Below are positions 1 to 8,683 of a DNA stretch of 64,000 nt, piece after piece. A model generated the notes under the pieces. That model searched no databases. It was not told where the DNA came from and was given only the letters and a program-made list of their open reading frames with translations. Source of the stretch: Marispirochaeta sp. (GTDB taxonomy: Bacteria > Spirochaetota > Spirochaetia > JC444 > Marispirochaetaceae); the NCBI GenBank assembly GCA_963676835.2, contig CAXXFF010000002.1, positions 1,088,001 through 1,152,000 on the forward strand. Reading direction: 5' to 3'. Position 1 is the stretch's first letter; each line of letters begins with the position of its first letter. Both the position numbers and the translations under genes were made by a program.

Positions 1-896
1 AGCTCTCTCTTATAAAGCAGAATAACGAGGCTGTCTCAAACATCAGTCACGTGGCGGACGAGTTGAACAGCGTTATAGATACCCAGGCATCTTCTGTTGC
101 CGAATCATCTGCTGCCGTGGAAGAGATGGTCTCCAATGTTGCGTCCGTCGCCTCCATTCTCAAAAAGAACTCCAATGAAATTGAAGCCCTTACTGTCGAA
201 GCGGAGAAGGGCCGGGGAGACATGCAGGCCATCAGCGAAGTGGTCTCGGAAATTGAGAGAGACTCCGAGAGCCTTATCGCAGCGGTTGAAATCATTCAAA
301 GCATATCCAGCCAGACAAACCTTCTCTCCATGAATGCCGCTATAGAGGCTGCCCATGCGGGAAAAGCAGGCTACGGCTTTGCCGTTGTTGCCGCGGAAAT
401 CCGCAATCTTGCCGAGACCTCTGCGGAACAGGGAAAAAAGATCAGTAAAGTGCTGAAAAACCTTAAAAAGCAGATTGCCGATGTCTCGGTCAAAGAGGCC
501 GGATCCCGGGCACAGTTCGCCAGGATCATGACCATCATGGAGACAGTAAAAAATCAGGAGACTATTATAACCCAGGCCATGGATGAGCAGATGGTGGGAA
601 ACAATCAGGTCCTTGAAGCCATGCGGGAAATCAACGAGATCACCTCAATGGTAAAGGAGGGCTCAGGAAACATGCTGGACGAAAGCTCCTCCGTACTTGC
701 CGGTATGGATAACCTCTCCTACCTCTCCCAGGAGATCGGTACCGCCGTAGACCAGATAGCCGCAGCCTCCGGCCAGGTGGACACCTCCATCAGTCAGGTA
801 AACAGCATTACCCGGGATAACGAAGAGAACGTCCGGCATCTGGCGGGGGAAGTTTCCCGCTTTGCCACAATTGCCGAGGAACCGCTGAATACCTGA
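1..896 (+). CDS. Methyl-accepting chemotaxis protein, C-terminal signalling domain (5'-truncated by window)
   Basis: Frame is open from the window start; hairpin-tip motif [35 protein letters not shown]. Confidence 0.93.
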   Translation, partial: LSLIKQNNEAVSNISHVADELNSVIDTQASSVAESSAAVEEMVSNVASVASILKKNSNEIEALTVEAEKGRGDMQAISEVVSEIERDSESLIAAVEIIQSISSQTNLLSMNAAIEAAHAGKAGYGFAVVAAEIRNLAETSAEQGKKISKVLKNLKKQIADVSVKEAGSRAQFARIMTIMETVKNQETIITQAMDEQMVGNNQVLEAMREINEITSMVKEGSGNMLDESSSVLAGMDNLSYLSQEIGTAVDQIAAASGQVDTSISQVNSITRDNEENVRHLAGEVSRFATIAEEPLNT

Positions 897-923
897 TCCT
901 TTCAGCCTTGTCCGCAGGAGGGA

Positions 924-3584
924 ATGGGGGTATCCTTTCTCAGCATGAATACTATCCGTATCCACTTCAGGCTGCCGGCCCTCCTGCTTGTTCTTTTTGC
1001 GTTTGCCGAAGCTTTGCTGATCTTTTACGGACCCATCCGGCTCACCCGCACCCCCTCTCTTATGGTTGCTCCCTTCCCCTATACCCCCTCAAACCTGAGT
1101 GAGGACCAGAGCCGGGAGCTTACCGCAGCTATCGAAGGAGCCTTTGCCTCCACCGGCAACAGCAGCGTAAAGCCCCAGTATCTTGTTCAGGAGTATCTTG
1201 CCCCGTCAGAACGAAGCCTCACTGAAATTACCAATCAGGAAGATGCCCTAAGCCTTGCAAAGGAGCTCGGGGTCCTGCGGCTGGCCTATCCCTATCTCTC
1301 ACGCTACAGTGGAACATGGACCCTGCACCTGACTCTTCTTGAGACAACCGACGGAGAGCAAATTGCCGCAAAGAGCTTTCAGGCGGACTCTCCGGAGTCC
1401 CTCATGGATGAACTTGCAGGCCTCGCTTTTACGGAAACCTTCAATCTTGAAGTTCCGGGATTCACCACCTTCGACTACACCTTTTTTCTGTTTCTCGCCC
1501 TGGAGCTGCTGCTTGCCCTGCTTATCATGTTCCGCCCCTCTCGGTTGTTTAATCAGACTGTTATCATAACCGGTGGTACCCTTTTTCTCTTTGCCTGGTT
1601 CTTTGCCCGCAACGCCAACATGGATTATGTCCAGCGCTTCGTGGCCCAGGGGGGAGCTCTCAAGATTGCCTCCAGTACCGCCCGGCAGCAGGCCGAGGTG
1701 GCCCTGCGCTTTCTCCCTCTCTTACTGGTAAACTTCTTTCTCTATTTTTCCGGCGGCCCCGCCGCAGAATTACTGCGTAATTCAGCGGCCCGCCGGGCTA
1801 TCCGTTCCAATTCCTCGGGCCTGCGCCCCTCCGGGATTTCCACTTCTATCCCTGCCGCGGCAGTCGGTCTGCTGCTTAACCCTCCGGTGCTGGCAGCAGG
1901 AATTGTCTCAGGAGTGCTCTACGCCCTCTCCTTTCCCTCCCTGCTCAGACTGAGAGGCATTCCCCTTCTGGGTTTTTTCGCCCTGGTGCCGCTGTTCCTC
2001 GCTCTCCGCAGGCAGGGGCTTGAAAAAAGAGGGGAGGCTGCGGCGGGAATCATGGCCTTTGCGGCGGTTCAGGTGGTGCTTATCAATTTCTGGCACTCCA
2101 CTTACTCATACGTCTCGCTTCCCTTTACGGTGCTTCTCTCCCTTGCCCAGTGGCTGATCTTTCTTCCCCTGTTCGTATTTCTTTTGCGCAGAAAAAGCCC
2201 TGCCTGGATAATCCTTGCCCCTTCGGTAATGGTTGCCTTTGACTGGTTTCGGGGAATGGGCTTTCTGGCCTATCCCTGGGGAATGCTGGGGACAGTGGTC
2301 TACTCCTGGCCGGTATTTATACAGATCGCCTCTGTTACCGGTATCTGGGGGCTCACCTGGCTTATGACCGGAGTAAATGCTTCCCTGGCCCACCTCCTTT
2401 CTGGATCTTCTCACCGCAGGCAGGCGGTCAATCTGCTGGCAGTCTCCTTGCTGCTGCCCCTTGCCTTCGGCGCATTTCGTCTGCTCGTATCGGAATCTCC
2501 GGTTCCGGATAAACGCATCCTGCTGGTGCAGCACAATATGGATCCACGGAAGTACGACTATGCCGAAAGCCTTGATGTTCTCACTGAGATTACAGAAATG
2601 GGTCTTTCCGTTTCGGCAGAGGCGGGGAAGCAGGTAGATCTTGTTGCCTGGCCGGAAACAGCCTTTGTTCCGGATATCCGATACTGGATGCGTGAAGGCA
2701 ACGCCGGACGCCCCCGGAGAAAGCTTGCAGAAAAGCTCTTTGCTTCAGTGGACCGCTGGCAGGTTCCCCTTTTAACCGGAAGTTCTGATCATACCCGGCT
2801 CCCCGGAGAAAAGGACCGGGATTACCCATCCATAAGCTACAACTCCACCTATCTAATCCGGCCTTCTGTTCCGGCAGGATCAGCTATCGGCGATGATGCC
2901 GGGAACAAGGAAGAAGCTCCAGAGAGCAGGATTGTCAGTATCTACCATAAAATGAAGCTGGTACCCTTTACCGAGTACTTTCCCTTTAAGAAAGAACTTC
3001 CCGAAGTGTACGCCCAGCTGGACAAGTTTGATGTCTCCGACTGGACCCCGGGAACCGAATATACTCTCCACAACCTGGACGGAACACAGTTTGCAACGCC
3101 CATCTGTTTTGAGGACATAATGCCTGACCATGTACGGCGCTTTGCCTCCGCAGGAGCGGAGCTTATTGTAAATGTATCCAACGACTACTGGTCCCTTTCT
3201 CCGGTGGAGGGGATGCAGCACGGCGTAAACGGCATGTTCCGGGCAGTGGAAAACGGCATTCCCGCAGTCCGGGCAACCGCCTCGGGGCTTACCATGTCAA
3301 TCGATCCCTACGGCCGTATTCTCAAACAGGCTCCATTTTTCCGCCCCTTTGGTGTGCTGGCAGATCTGCCTCCGGCACTTCCGGGAAAAACCCTCTACAC
3401 CCGCTTCGGTGACTGGCTGCCGAAGCTCTCCTTTCTGCTTCTCCCCGGTATTCCGGTGTTTGAGATTGTGAGGAGGAGAATGCGGCGAACTGACAGGGAT
3501 GGGGAAGATAGGAAGGATAGGAAGGATAGAGAAGAAGGAAAAGAGAGCAAGGAAAGAGGAGAAAGCTCCGGGAGTGAAAAGTGA
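924..3584 (+). CDS. lnt: Apolipoprotein N-acyltransferase with a ~300-aa N-terminal extension
   Basis: RBS AGGAGG at 916-921; multiple TM helices, YPWG motif, nitrilase triad motifs WPE, K.KLVPFTE, ICFE; RAVENG..VRA and TLYTRFGDW. Confidence 0.9.
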   Translation: MGVSFLSMNTIRIHFRLPALLLVLFAFAEALLIFYGPIRLTRTPSLMVAPFPYTPSNLSEDQSRELTAAIEGAFASTGNSSVKPQYLVQEYLAPSERSLTEITNQEDALSLAKELGVLRLAYPYLSRYSGTWTLHLTLLETTDGEQIAAKSFQADSPESLMDELAGLAFTETFNLEVPGFTTFDYTFFLFLALELLLALLIMFRPSRLFNQTVIITGGTLFLFAWFFARNANMDYVQRFVAQGGALKIASSTARQQAEVALRFLPLLLVNFFLYFSGGPAAELLRNSAARRAIRSNSSGLRPSGISTSIPAAAVGLLLNPPVLAAGIVSGVLYALSFPSLLRLRGIPLLGFFALVPLFLALRRQGLEKRGEAAAGIMAFAAVQVVLINFWHSTYSYVSLPFTVLLSLAQWLIFLPLFVFLLRRKSPAWIILAPSVMVAFDWFRGMGFLAYPWGMLGTVVYSWPVFIQIASVTGIWGLTWLMTGVNASLAHLLSGSSHRRQAVNLLAVSLLLPLAFGAFRLLVSESPVPDKRILLVQHNMDPRKYDYAESLDVLTEITEMGLSVSAEAGKQVDLVAWPETAFVPDIRYWMREGNAGRPRRKLAEKLFASVDRWQVPLLTGSSDHTRLPGEKDRDYPSISYNSTYLIRPSVPAGSAIGDDAGNKEEAPESRIVSIYHKMKLVPFTEYFPFKKELPEVYAQLDKFDVSDWTPGTEYTLHNLDGTQFATPICFEDIMPDHVRRFASAGAELIVNVSNDYWSLSPVEGMQHGVNGMFRAVENGIPAVRATASGLTMSIDPYGRILKQAPFFRPFGVLADLPPALPGKTLYTRFGDWLPKLSFLLLPGIPVFEIVRRRMRRTDRDGEDRKDRKDREEGKESKERGESSGSEK
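1764..1860. repeat. Possible palindromic repeat-like element read in frame inside lnt
   Basis: GAATTAC-tgc-GTAATTC palindrome followed by a GC-rich self-complementary tract; encodes an atypical linker between hydrophobic domains. Confidence 0.35.
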
Positions 3585-4300
3585 ACTGGAAGCTGATACC
3601 CAGGCTGCTGCTTCCGGTGGCGGCGGTCGTTCTTGTTCTGCTTGTTCTTCACCGGGGGTATACTCTTGAAGAACTCACCGGTGCCATCGAAAGGCTGAAG
3701 GAGAGTAATCCTCCGGCAGCCGGGCTGCTTACCATCGGGGGATTCTGGCTCGGAATGATGTTTTTTATAACCATCCCCCTGCTCATAGTCAGCGCCGCTG
3801 CCCTTCATGGACCCCTGTTTGGAATATTCTACTCTGTGGCGGGGCTGCTTTCCGGGGCAGCCGTTTTTTACGGCATCGGCCGTTCCCTTCACGGTGCAGG
3901 GAGCCTTGAGCGGTTTAAAATGGTAGCGAAGGTAAAAAAGCAGTTTGCCCGAATCCAGCCCTACGGCGTTTGGGCAGTTGCCTTAACCCGCATGGTTCCC
4001 TCCGGTCCTTTCCTGGTGGTCAACCTGGTGACAGGCATTCTGGGTTTTACTCCCTTTCAGTTTGTATCCGGATCTCTTATTGGTCTTCTGCCCTCAATTA
4101 TTGCTTTTTCTTTTTTCGGCAATGCCCTCATCCGGGGAATAGCCGAAAGGAATCTCAAAACGTTGCTATTCGCAGTCCCCGTGTTTATTCTTTATGTCAG
4201 TGTCATTCTATGCATTGTCTGGTTTGTGCGCAGCCGTAAGATGGGACGGCAGGCGCCCTCCTTGCCTGAGCAGGGAGAAGCCGGTCCGGGAGAGACTTGA
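3581..4300 (+). CDS. TVP38/TMEM64 (DedA/VTT) family membrane protein
   Basis: GTGA overlap with the lnt stop; motifs YGIGR, RMVPSGPFLVVN..G, F..GSLIGLLP. Confidence 0.85.
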   Translation: MNWKLIPRLLLPVAAVVLVLLVLHRGYTLEELTGAIERLKESNPPAAGLLTIGGFWLGMMFFITIPLLIVSAAALHGPLFGIFYSVAGLLSGAAVFYGIGRSLHGAGSLERFKMVAKVKKQFARIQPYGVWAVALTRMVPSGPFLVVNLVTGILGFTPFQFVSGSLIGLLPSIIAFSFFGNALIRGIAERNLKTLLFAVPVFILYVSVILCIVWFVRSRKMGRQAPSLPEQGEAGPGET

Positions 4301-4346
4301 AGCTCAATGCAGGTAAACTGAAAGACGCAGAAGGAATTAGAAGAGA

Positions 4347-5588
4347 ATGCAGAACAGGAACTATTTCGGGTTTCTCTGGCATGCCGTTTTTCTGTCAATA
4401 ACCATTACATTCACCGAAGTAAACACAGTTATCCCCGCTATGATACTGCAGATCGGCGGAAGCGAGCTGCAGATCGGCCTTGCCGGTGCGATTATGATAG
4501 GAGTTCCTCTCATAGCCCAGTTGAACTTTTCCGGCTTTCTCCATGGCAGAAAAAGAAAAAAGCCCTGGCTTCTTTTGGGTATCTACCTCCGGGTGCTCTC
4601 TCTTGTTCTTATTGCGGTAACTGTACTGTCTGTAGGAAGTCTCGGAATAATTCAGGCACTGGTAATAATCTATGCCGAGCTGCTTCTGTTTACTGTAAGT
4701 GGTGCCTTTGCCGGGGTATCCTATCTGGATCTTATCGGGAAAAGTTTTGATACCCCCATGAGACGGCTCTTTTTTACCCGCAAGCAGATTATCTCAAGTG
4801 CAGGTATTCTTGTTTCCGCACTTATAACCCGGCAGATTCTTGCCCGCACCGGCTACCCCGTAAACTATGCGGTACTCTTTTTCGCCGCCGGCGGAGTACT
4901 TCTGGCAGGCAGTTTCGGATTCTGGCTCATCGGGGAGAAACATGGTGAGAATAATGGAGGGCAAAAGAGTGAAGCCCAGGGCTATCTGAAAACCCTTGCA
5001 TCCCTTCCGGGGCTGCTGAAAGCAGACCCGAATCTACGAAACTACCTCTATTACCTGAACCTGGCGGGTATTCACATTTCCCTTATTCCTTTTTATATCT
5101 CTCTGGCCCGGCTTCGCTACACCCTGACTCCGGCCCTTACGGGAAACCTTATGCTCTTTCAGATTGCCGGAATGGTGGTTTCGAGCTTTATCTGGCCCAG
5201 GCTGGTTAAAACCGGAGGTTTCAGGATCCTGCTGATTATCTGGTCCGGGCTTTCGGTTGTTCTGCCTGTTCTGGCTCTTGTTACCGCCTGGTACCTTCCC
5301 CTGCCGTTTTATCTGGCCCTCTTTTTTCTAATAGGCGGTCTGGTGAGTGTGCGGAGTATCAGCCGGGATGCGGTTACTGTAGAACTCTCCACCGAGGAGA
5401 ACAGAGTTCTCTATACCGGAATAATCGGTACCCTGAATTTATCCACGGTTGTTTTTCCCATCCTGCTCGGCAGCTTTATTTCCCTCTTTGGATATCCCCT
5501 GGTCTATTCTGCAACCGCAGCGGTATCTCTGGTCTCTTTTCTTTTTCTATACCGTCTGGTCTGCCCGGTTGATCAGGAAGAGGTTTAG
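4347..5588 (+). CDS. MFS transporter
   Basis: 413 aa, about 12 hydrophobic segments in two halves. Confidence 0.8.
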   Translation: MQNRNYFGFLWHAVFLSITITFTEVNTVIPAMILQIGGSELQIGLAGAIMIGVPLIAQLNFSGFLHGRKRKKPWLLLGIYLRVLSLVLIAVTVLSVGSLGIIQALVIIYAELLLFTVSGAFAGVSYLDLIGKSFDTPMRRLFFTRKQIISSAGILVSALITRQILARTGYPVNYAVLFFAAGGVLLAGSFGFWLIGEKHGENNGGQKSEAQGYLKTLASLPGLLKADPNLRNYLYYLNLAGIHISLIPFYISLARLRYTLTPALTGNLMLFQIAGMVVSSFIWPRLVKTGGFRILLIIWSGLSVVLPVLALVTAWYLPLPFYLALFFLIGGLVSVRSISRDAVTVELSTEENRVLYTGIIGTLNLSTVVFPILLGSFISLFGYPLVYSATAAVSLVSFLFLYRLVCPVDQEEV

Positions 5589-5598
5589 TCTCCGGGTT

Positions 5599-6168
5599 TT
5601 AGTTCTCCCGGCTTTTGTTTTCCCGTTTGGGGAAAATAAACTCTTTGGGATCGTCATTAAAACTGCGTTTCTGCCAGCCCTCATTCTCCAGAGAGTGGGG
5701 ATCTCCCCCGGTTTCCCGGGCAATACGCTCCAGGGGCAGTTTCATGTAAGTACCGCTGCAGCTTGCGCCGATGGACCCGTCGGGGAGATAGAGCTCTCCG
5801 GTTCCGGAAAAACGGCGGCCCCTGTTTTCAGCCAGCCGGCCCCGGGCGGTAAGCACTGTCTCCGTGGGAATCGGCTTATGGTAGCGAACAGTCAGTTCCA
5901 CCGTAACACCCCAGATTTCAGGTTCCAGGGAGCTGATGGCCCTTCCCACCAGTTCGTCCAGTACCGCTCCGGTTACGCCGCCGTGTACCCTGCCGGGGTA
6001 GCCGTTATGGGTTTCCGGAATGGTAAACACTGCTGCGCTTTCCCCGTTTTCGAGCTCGTAGAACCGTGCACTTACACCGGCTGAGTTATTTACTCCGCAG
6101 ATAAAACAGTTGTAACTGGTTTCCTGGGGAGCCTTTACTTTAATTGTTTCCATCTCTGTCTGTTTCAT
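5599..6168 (-). CDS. PaaI family (hotdog) thioesterase
   Basis: CFICG..N..G, HNGYPGRVHGGVTGAVLDE, VTVELTVRYHKPIP; start may be 6153 or 6168. Confidence 0.88.
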   Translation of the reverse strand: MKQTEMETIKVKAPQETSYNCFICGVNNSAGVSARFYELENGESAAVFTIPETHNGYPGRVHGGVTGAVLDELVGRAISSLEPEIWGVTVELTVRYHKPIPTETVLTARGRLAENRGRRFSGTGELYLPDGSIGASCSGTYMKLPLERIARETGGDPHSLENEGWQKRSFNDDPKEFIFPKRENKSREN

Positions 6169-6185
6169 ATATCTACTTAAATCAT

Positions 6186-6217
6186 AAAAAAAGGGCGGGT
6201 ACAAGTTACCCGCCCTT
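6186..6217 (-). terminator. Rho-independent terminator of marR-wrbA
   Basis: 11-bp stem AAGGGCGGGTA/TACCCGCCCTT, 5-nt loop, with a T-run on the minus strand. Confidence 0.85.
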
Positions 6218-6233
6218 CATGCAGTGCGCTTTA

Positions 6234-6842
6234 TCAGCCTAACTTCGCAGCGATTTCTGCCAGACGTTTACCCTGGAAGCGGGCACCGGCAAGCTCATTC
6301 TCGCTGGGGAGCCGTTCTCCCTGGCCGCCGGTAATGGTGCTGGCGCCGTAGGGACTTCCGCCGGTCAGTTCATCCACGCCCATCTGCCCCTGGAAGGAGT
6401 AGGGGAGGCCCACAACCAGCATGCCGTGATGCATAAGACTTGCAGCGGTGGAAAGAATAGTGGATTCCTGTCCTCCGTGCTGTGTTGCCGATGAGGACAT
6501 CAGGGCCACCGGTTTGTCGATCAGGGACCCCTGAAGCCAGAGCTGTCCGGACTGGTCCAGGAAATTGGCCCACTGAGCGCTCATGCGGCCGTAGCGGGTG
6601 GGAATGCCGAAAATAAGACCGTCAGCTGAAGCAAGATCATCCATGGTTGCAAGGGGAATATCTGCAAACTGTTTCTGAGCTTCCAGGGCACCCATTGCTT
6701 CAAGAACACCGTCGGGAAGGGTTTCAGGAACCCGCAGTATATTCACTTCGGCTCCGCTTACTTCGCCGGCACCTGCTGCAGCAGCCTGTGCCATCTGATA
6801 CATATGACCGTACATTGAATAGAAAAGGACATTGATTTTCAT
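6234..6842 (-). CDS. wrbA: NAD(P)H:quinone oxidoreductase WrbA
   Basis: YSMYGH, PTRYG, QHGGQEST, GGSPYGAST; RBS GGAGGT. Confidence 0.95.
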   Translation of the reverse strand: MKINVLFYSMYGHMYQMAQAAAAGAGEVSGAEVNILRVPETLPDGVLEAMGALEAQKQFADIPLATMDDLASADGLIFGIPTRYGRMSAQWANFLDQSGQLWLQGSLIDKPVALMSSSATQHGGQESTILSTAASLMHHGMLVVGLPYSFQGQMGVDELTGGSPYGASTITGGQGERLPSENELAGARFQGKRLAEIAAKLG

Positions 6843-6879
6843 ATACACCTCCAGGTGTATCGGCCTGATTTCCGACTGC

Positions 6880-7344
6880 TTATTTTTCTGCAGAGGAGAG
6901 GCTTAATCCAAGTTTTCGGCAGAGTCCTGCAAGGGTTGAAAGCTCCTCAGAACTAAGTCTGCCCATCACCTTGTGGATGGCCTCAACCTGTTTCGGAAAC
7001 AGGTCTTTTATAGTATTTTCTCCCTCGGGAGTAAGTGCCACGCCGACGGCGCGCCTGTCCCCGGCTACGGGTTCCCGCTTTACAAGACCGTCCCGCTCCA
7101 GGTTATCGATTACCAGTGTCAAATTCCCTCTGCTCTTCAGTATCTTGCCTGCTATCTGGCAGTGAGTGAGGGTTCCTCTATGCAGCAGAGCCTCCAGAAC
7201 GCCGAACTGGGTAATGGTCATCCCCTTGGGGAGCACTGCCTCATTGTTCAGTGCTTTTGTCAGGGAACTGTGGGCCCGTTCAAACTTTGTGTAGGCATCC
7301 AGATAAGGATCCCTGTTCTGTTTCTCCTCTGTTTTCTGCTGCAT
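6880..7344 (-). CDS. MarR family transcriptional regulator
   Basis: wHTH pattern TQFGVLEAL..GNLTLVIDNLERDGLV.R...DRR...LT. Confidence 0.92.
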   Translation of the reverse strand: MQQKTEEKQNRDPYLDAYTKFERAHSSLTKALNNEAVLPKGMTITQFGVLEALLHRGTLTHCQIAGKILKSRGNLTLVIDNLERDGLVKREPVAGDRRAVGVALTPEGENTIKDLFPKQVEAIHKVMGRLSSEELSTLAGLCRKLGLSLSSAEK

Positions 7345-7355
7345 TATTCTCTCCA

Positions 7356-7381
7356 GATATAGTTTGATATTAAACTATATC
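7356..7381. promoter_or_regulatory. Palindromic operator, probably for MarR autoregulation
   Basis: GATATAGTTT-gatatt-AAACTATATC, 12 bp upstream of the marR start codon. Confidence 0.7.
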
Positions 7382-7457
7382 ATATAAAACAAATATATAA
7401 ATATTATAAAAATAGTCAACATAAAAAGCCTTAAAAATTAAGAAAAGAGATAATATC

Positions 7458-7503
7458 TTGACTTATTGATAAGAGTTATTTATATTAATGATAACGATAA
7501 TCA
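7458..7503 (+). promoter_or_regulatory. Sigma-70 promoter with a downstream Fur/PerR-like box
   Basis: TTGACT-17-TATATT (7458-7486); TGATAACGATAATCA (7489-7503) is 2 mismatches from TGATAATnATTATCA. Confidence 0.55.
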
Positions 7504-7517
7504 ATAGGAGGCATGAT

Positions 7518-7814
7518 ATGCCGGGATTTGATGGAACAGGCCCTATGGGCTATGGATCTATGACAGGTTGGGGCCAAGGCCCCTGTGGCCGCGGCAGACG
7601 GGGTTTTGCCGGACGCAGAGGAGGTGCCGGGTACGGTGCAGGTTCAGGCAGAGGACGCCGGGGCGGCGGATTCGGCTGGCAGGCAGCACCAATGGGTACT
7701 GTTAATGAGCAGGACAATGCTGATTACCTGCGCCGCAGAGCGGAAGTCCTGGAAGAGGAGCTGGCAGAAACCCGCCGGGTACTGTCGGAAATGGAAGCAG
7801 ACTCTCAGGAATAG
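7518..7814 (+). CDS. DUF5320-like Gly/Arg-rich small protein
   Basis: MPGFDGTGPMG.GSMTGWGQGPCG start and C-terminal coiled coil; RBS AGGAGG. Confidence 0.85.
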   Translation: MPGFDGTGPMGYGSMTGWGQGPCGRGRRGFAGRRGGAGYGAGSGRGRRGGGFGWQAAPMGTVNEQDNADYLRRRAEVLEEELAETRRVLSEMEADSQE

Positions 7815-7867
7815 AAACTTGTGTCTTGACTGTTTAGCTATTACAATTTCAAAAAGAAAAAGAAGAT

Positions 7868-7927
7868 GGGCATCTCTTGAAACCTGGTTTTTTCGCCATT
7901 GTTAAAGTGCAGTAAGCTGAGATGCCC
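7868..7927. repeat. Degenerate MITE-like remnant
   Basis: 9-bp inverted repeats GGGCATCTC/GAGATGCCC; left end GGGCATCTCTTGAAAC resembles the TIR at 29233. Confidence 0.4.
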
Positions 7928-7951
7928 TGATTGCAGTATTCAGGAGTGCTC

Positions 7952-8641
7952 ATGACCATTCATCTTCTGTATGATAACCAGTCTGTCCGGTCCGGAATAG
8001 AATCCGGATGGGGATTCAGTTGTCTTGTAGACGGGCGAATCCTTCTGGATACCGGTGAAGCAGGTCCGGCACTTCTGAATAATTTGAAAAAAATGGAGAT
8101 TGCCCCGGAAGAGATTGAGGCCCTGGTAATCTCCCACCCCCATTGGGATCATACCGGCGGACTGGAGGATCTCCGGGAGATGCTGCCTCATGTTCCAATT
8201 TATCTTCCTGCAGGCGCAGTTGAGAGCTTTCCCGGAAAATCTTCTCTCAAAAATGCTGAGCTTGTAATCTGTAAGGATCCTGTTCACATCGGTTCGGTCA
8301 AAACAAGCGGTACATTTCTCTGTTCTTATAAGGGAATGCCCATGCCGGAACACGGGCTGGTAGTCAGTTCCCCCAAGGGTGTCAGTCTTATAACCGGATG
8401 TGCTCATCCCGGTATAGAAGCAATGGCAGAAGCCGTTGCTGAATCCCACCCTGAAGAGACTCTCCATGCGGTATTCGGCGGTTTTCATCTTATGGATCAG
8501 GAAGCGGATCATATAAAAGCCGTCTACTCCCGTTTACGGCAGTTAGGCTTTACCCGCATAATCGGAACCCACTGTTCCGGTGAAACCGCCCGGGAGCTGA
8601 GTGACTATAAAACCGGCGGCGGTGACATCTTTTCCCTCTGA
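7952..8641 (+). CDS. MBL-fold metallo-hydrolase
   Basis: LDTG, ISHPHWDHTGG, GCAHPG, GGFHL, HCSG. Confidence 0.9.
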   Translation: MTIHLLYDNQSVRSGIESGWGFSCLVDGRILLDTGEAGPALLNNLKKMEIAPEEIEALVISHPHWDHTGGLEDLREMLPHVPIYLPAGAVESFPGKSSLKNAELVICKDPVHIGSVKTSGTFLCSYKGMPMPEHGLVVSSPKGVSLITGCAHPGIEAMAEAVAESHPEETLHAVFGGFHLMDQEADHIKAVYSRLRQLGFTRIIGTHCSGETARELSDYKTGGGDIFSL

Positions 8642-8683
8642 ACAGGTAGACCATCTCCGATAAATCACGCTATTTTCGACAGC

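Noticed and set aside
5449..6084. 211-aa plus-strand ORF and the many other short overlapping ORFs in the track
   Set aside because: They overlap well-supported genes and show no protein-family signal
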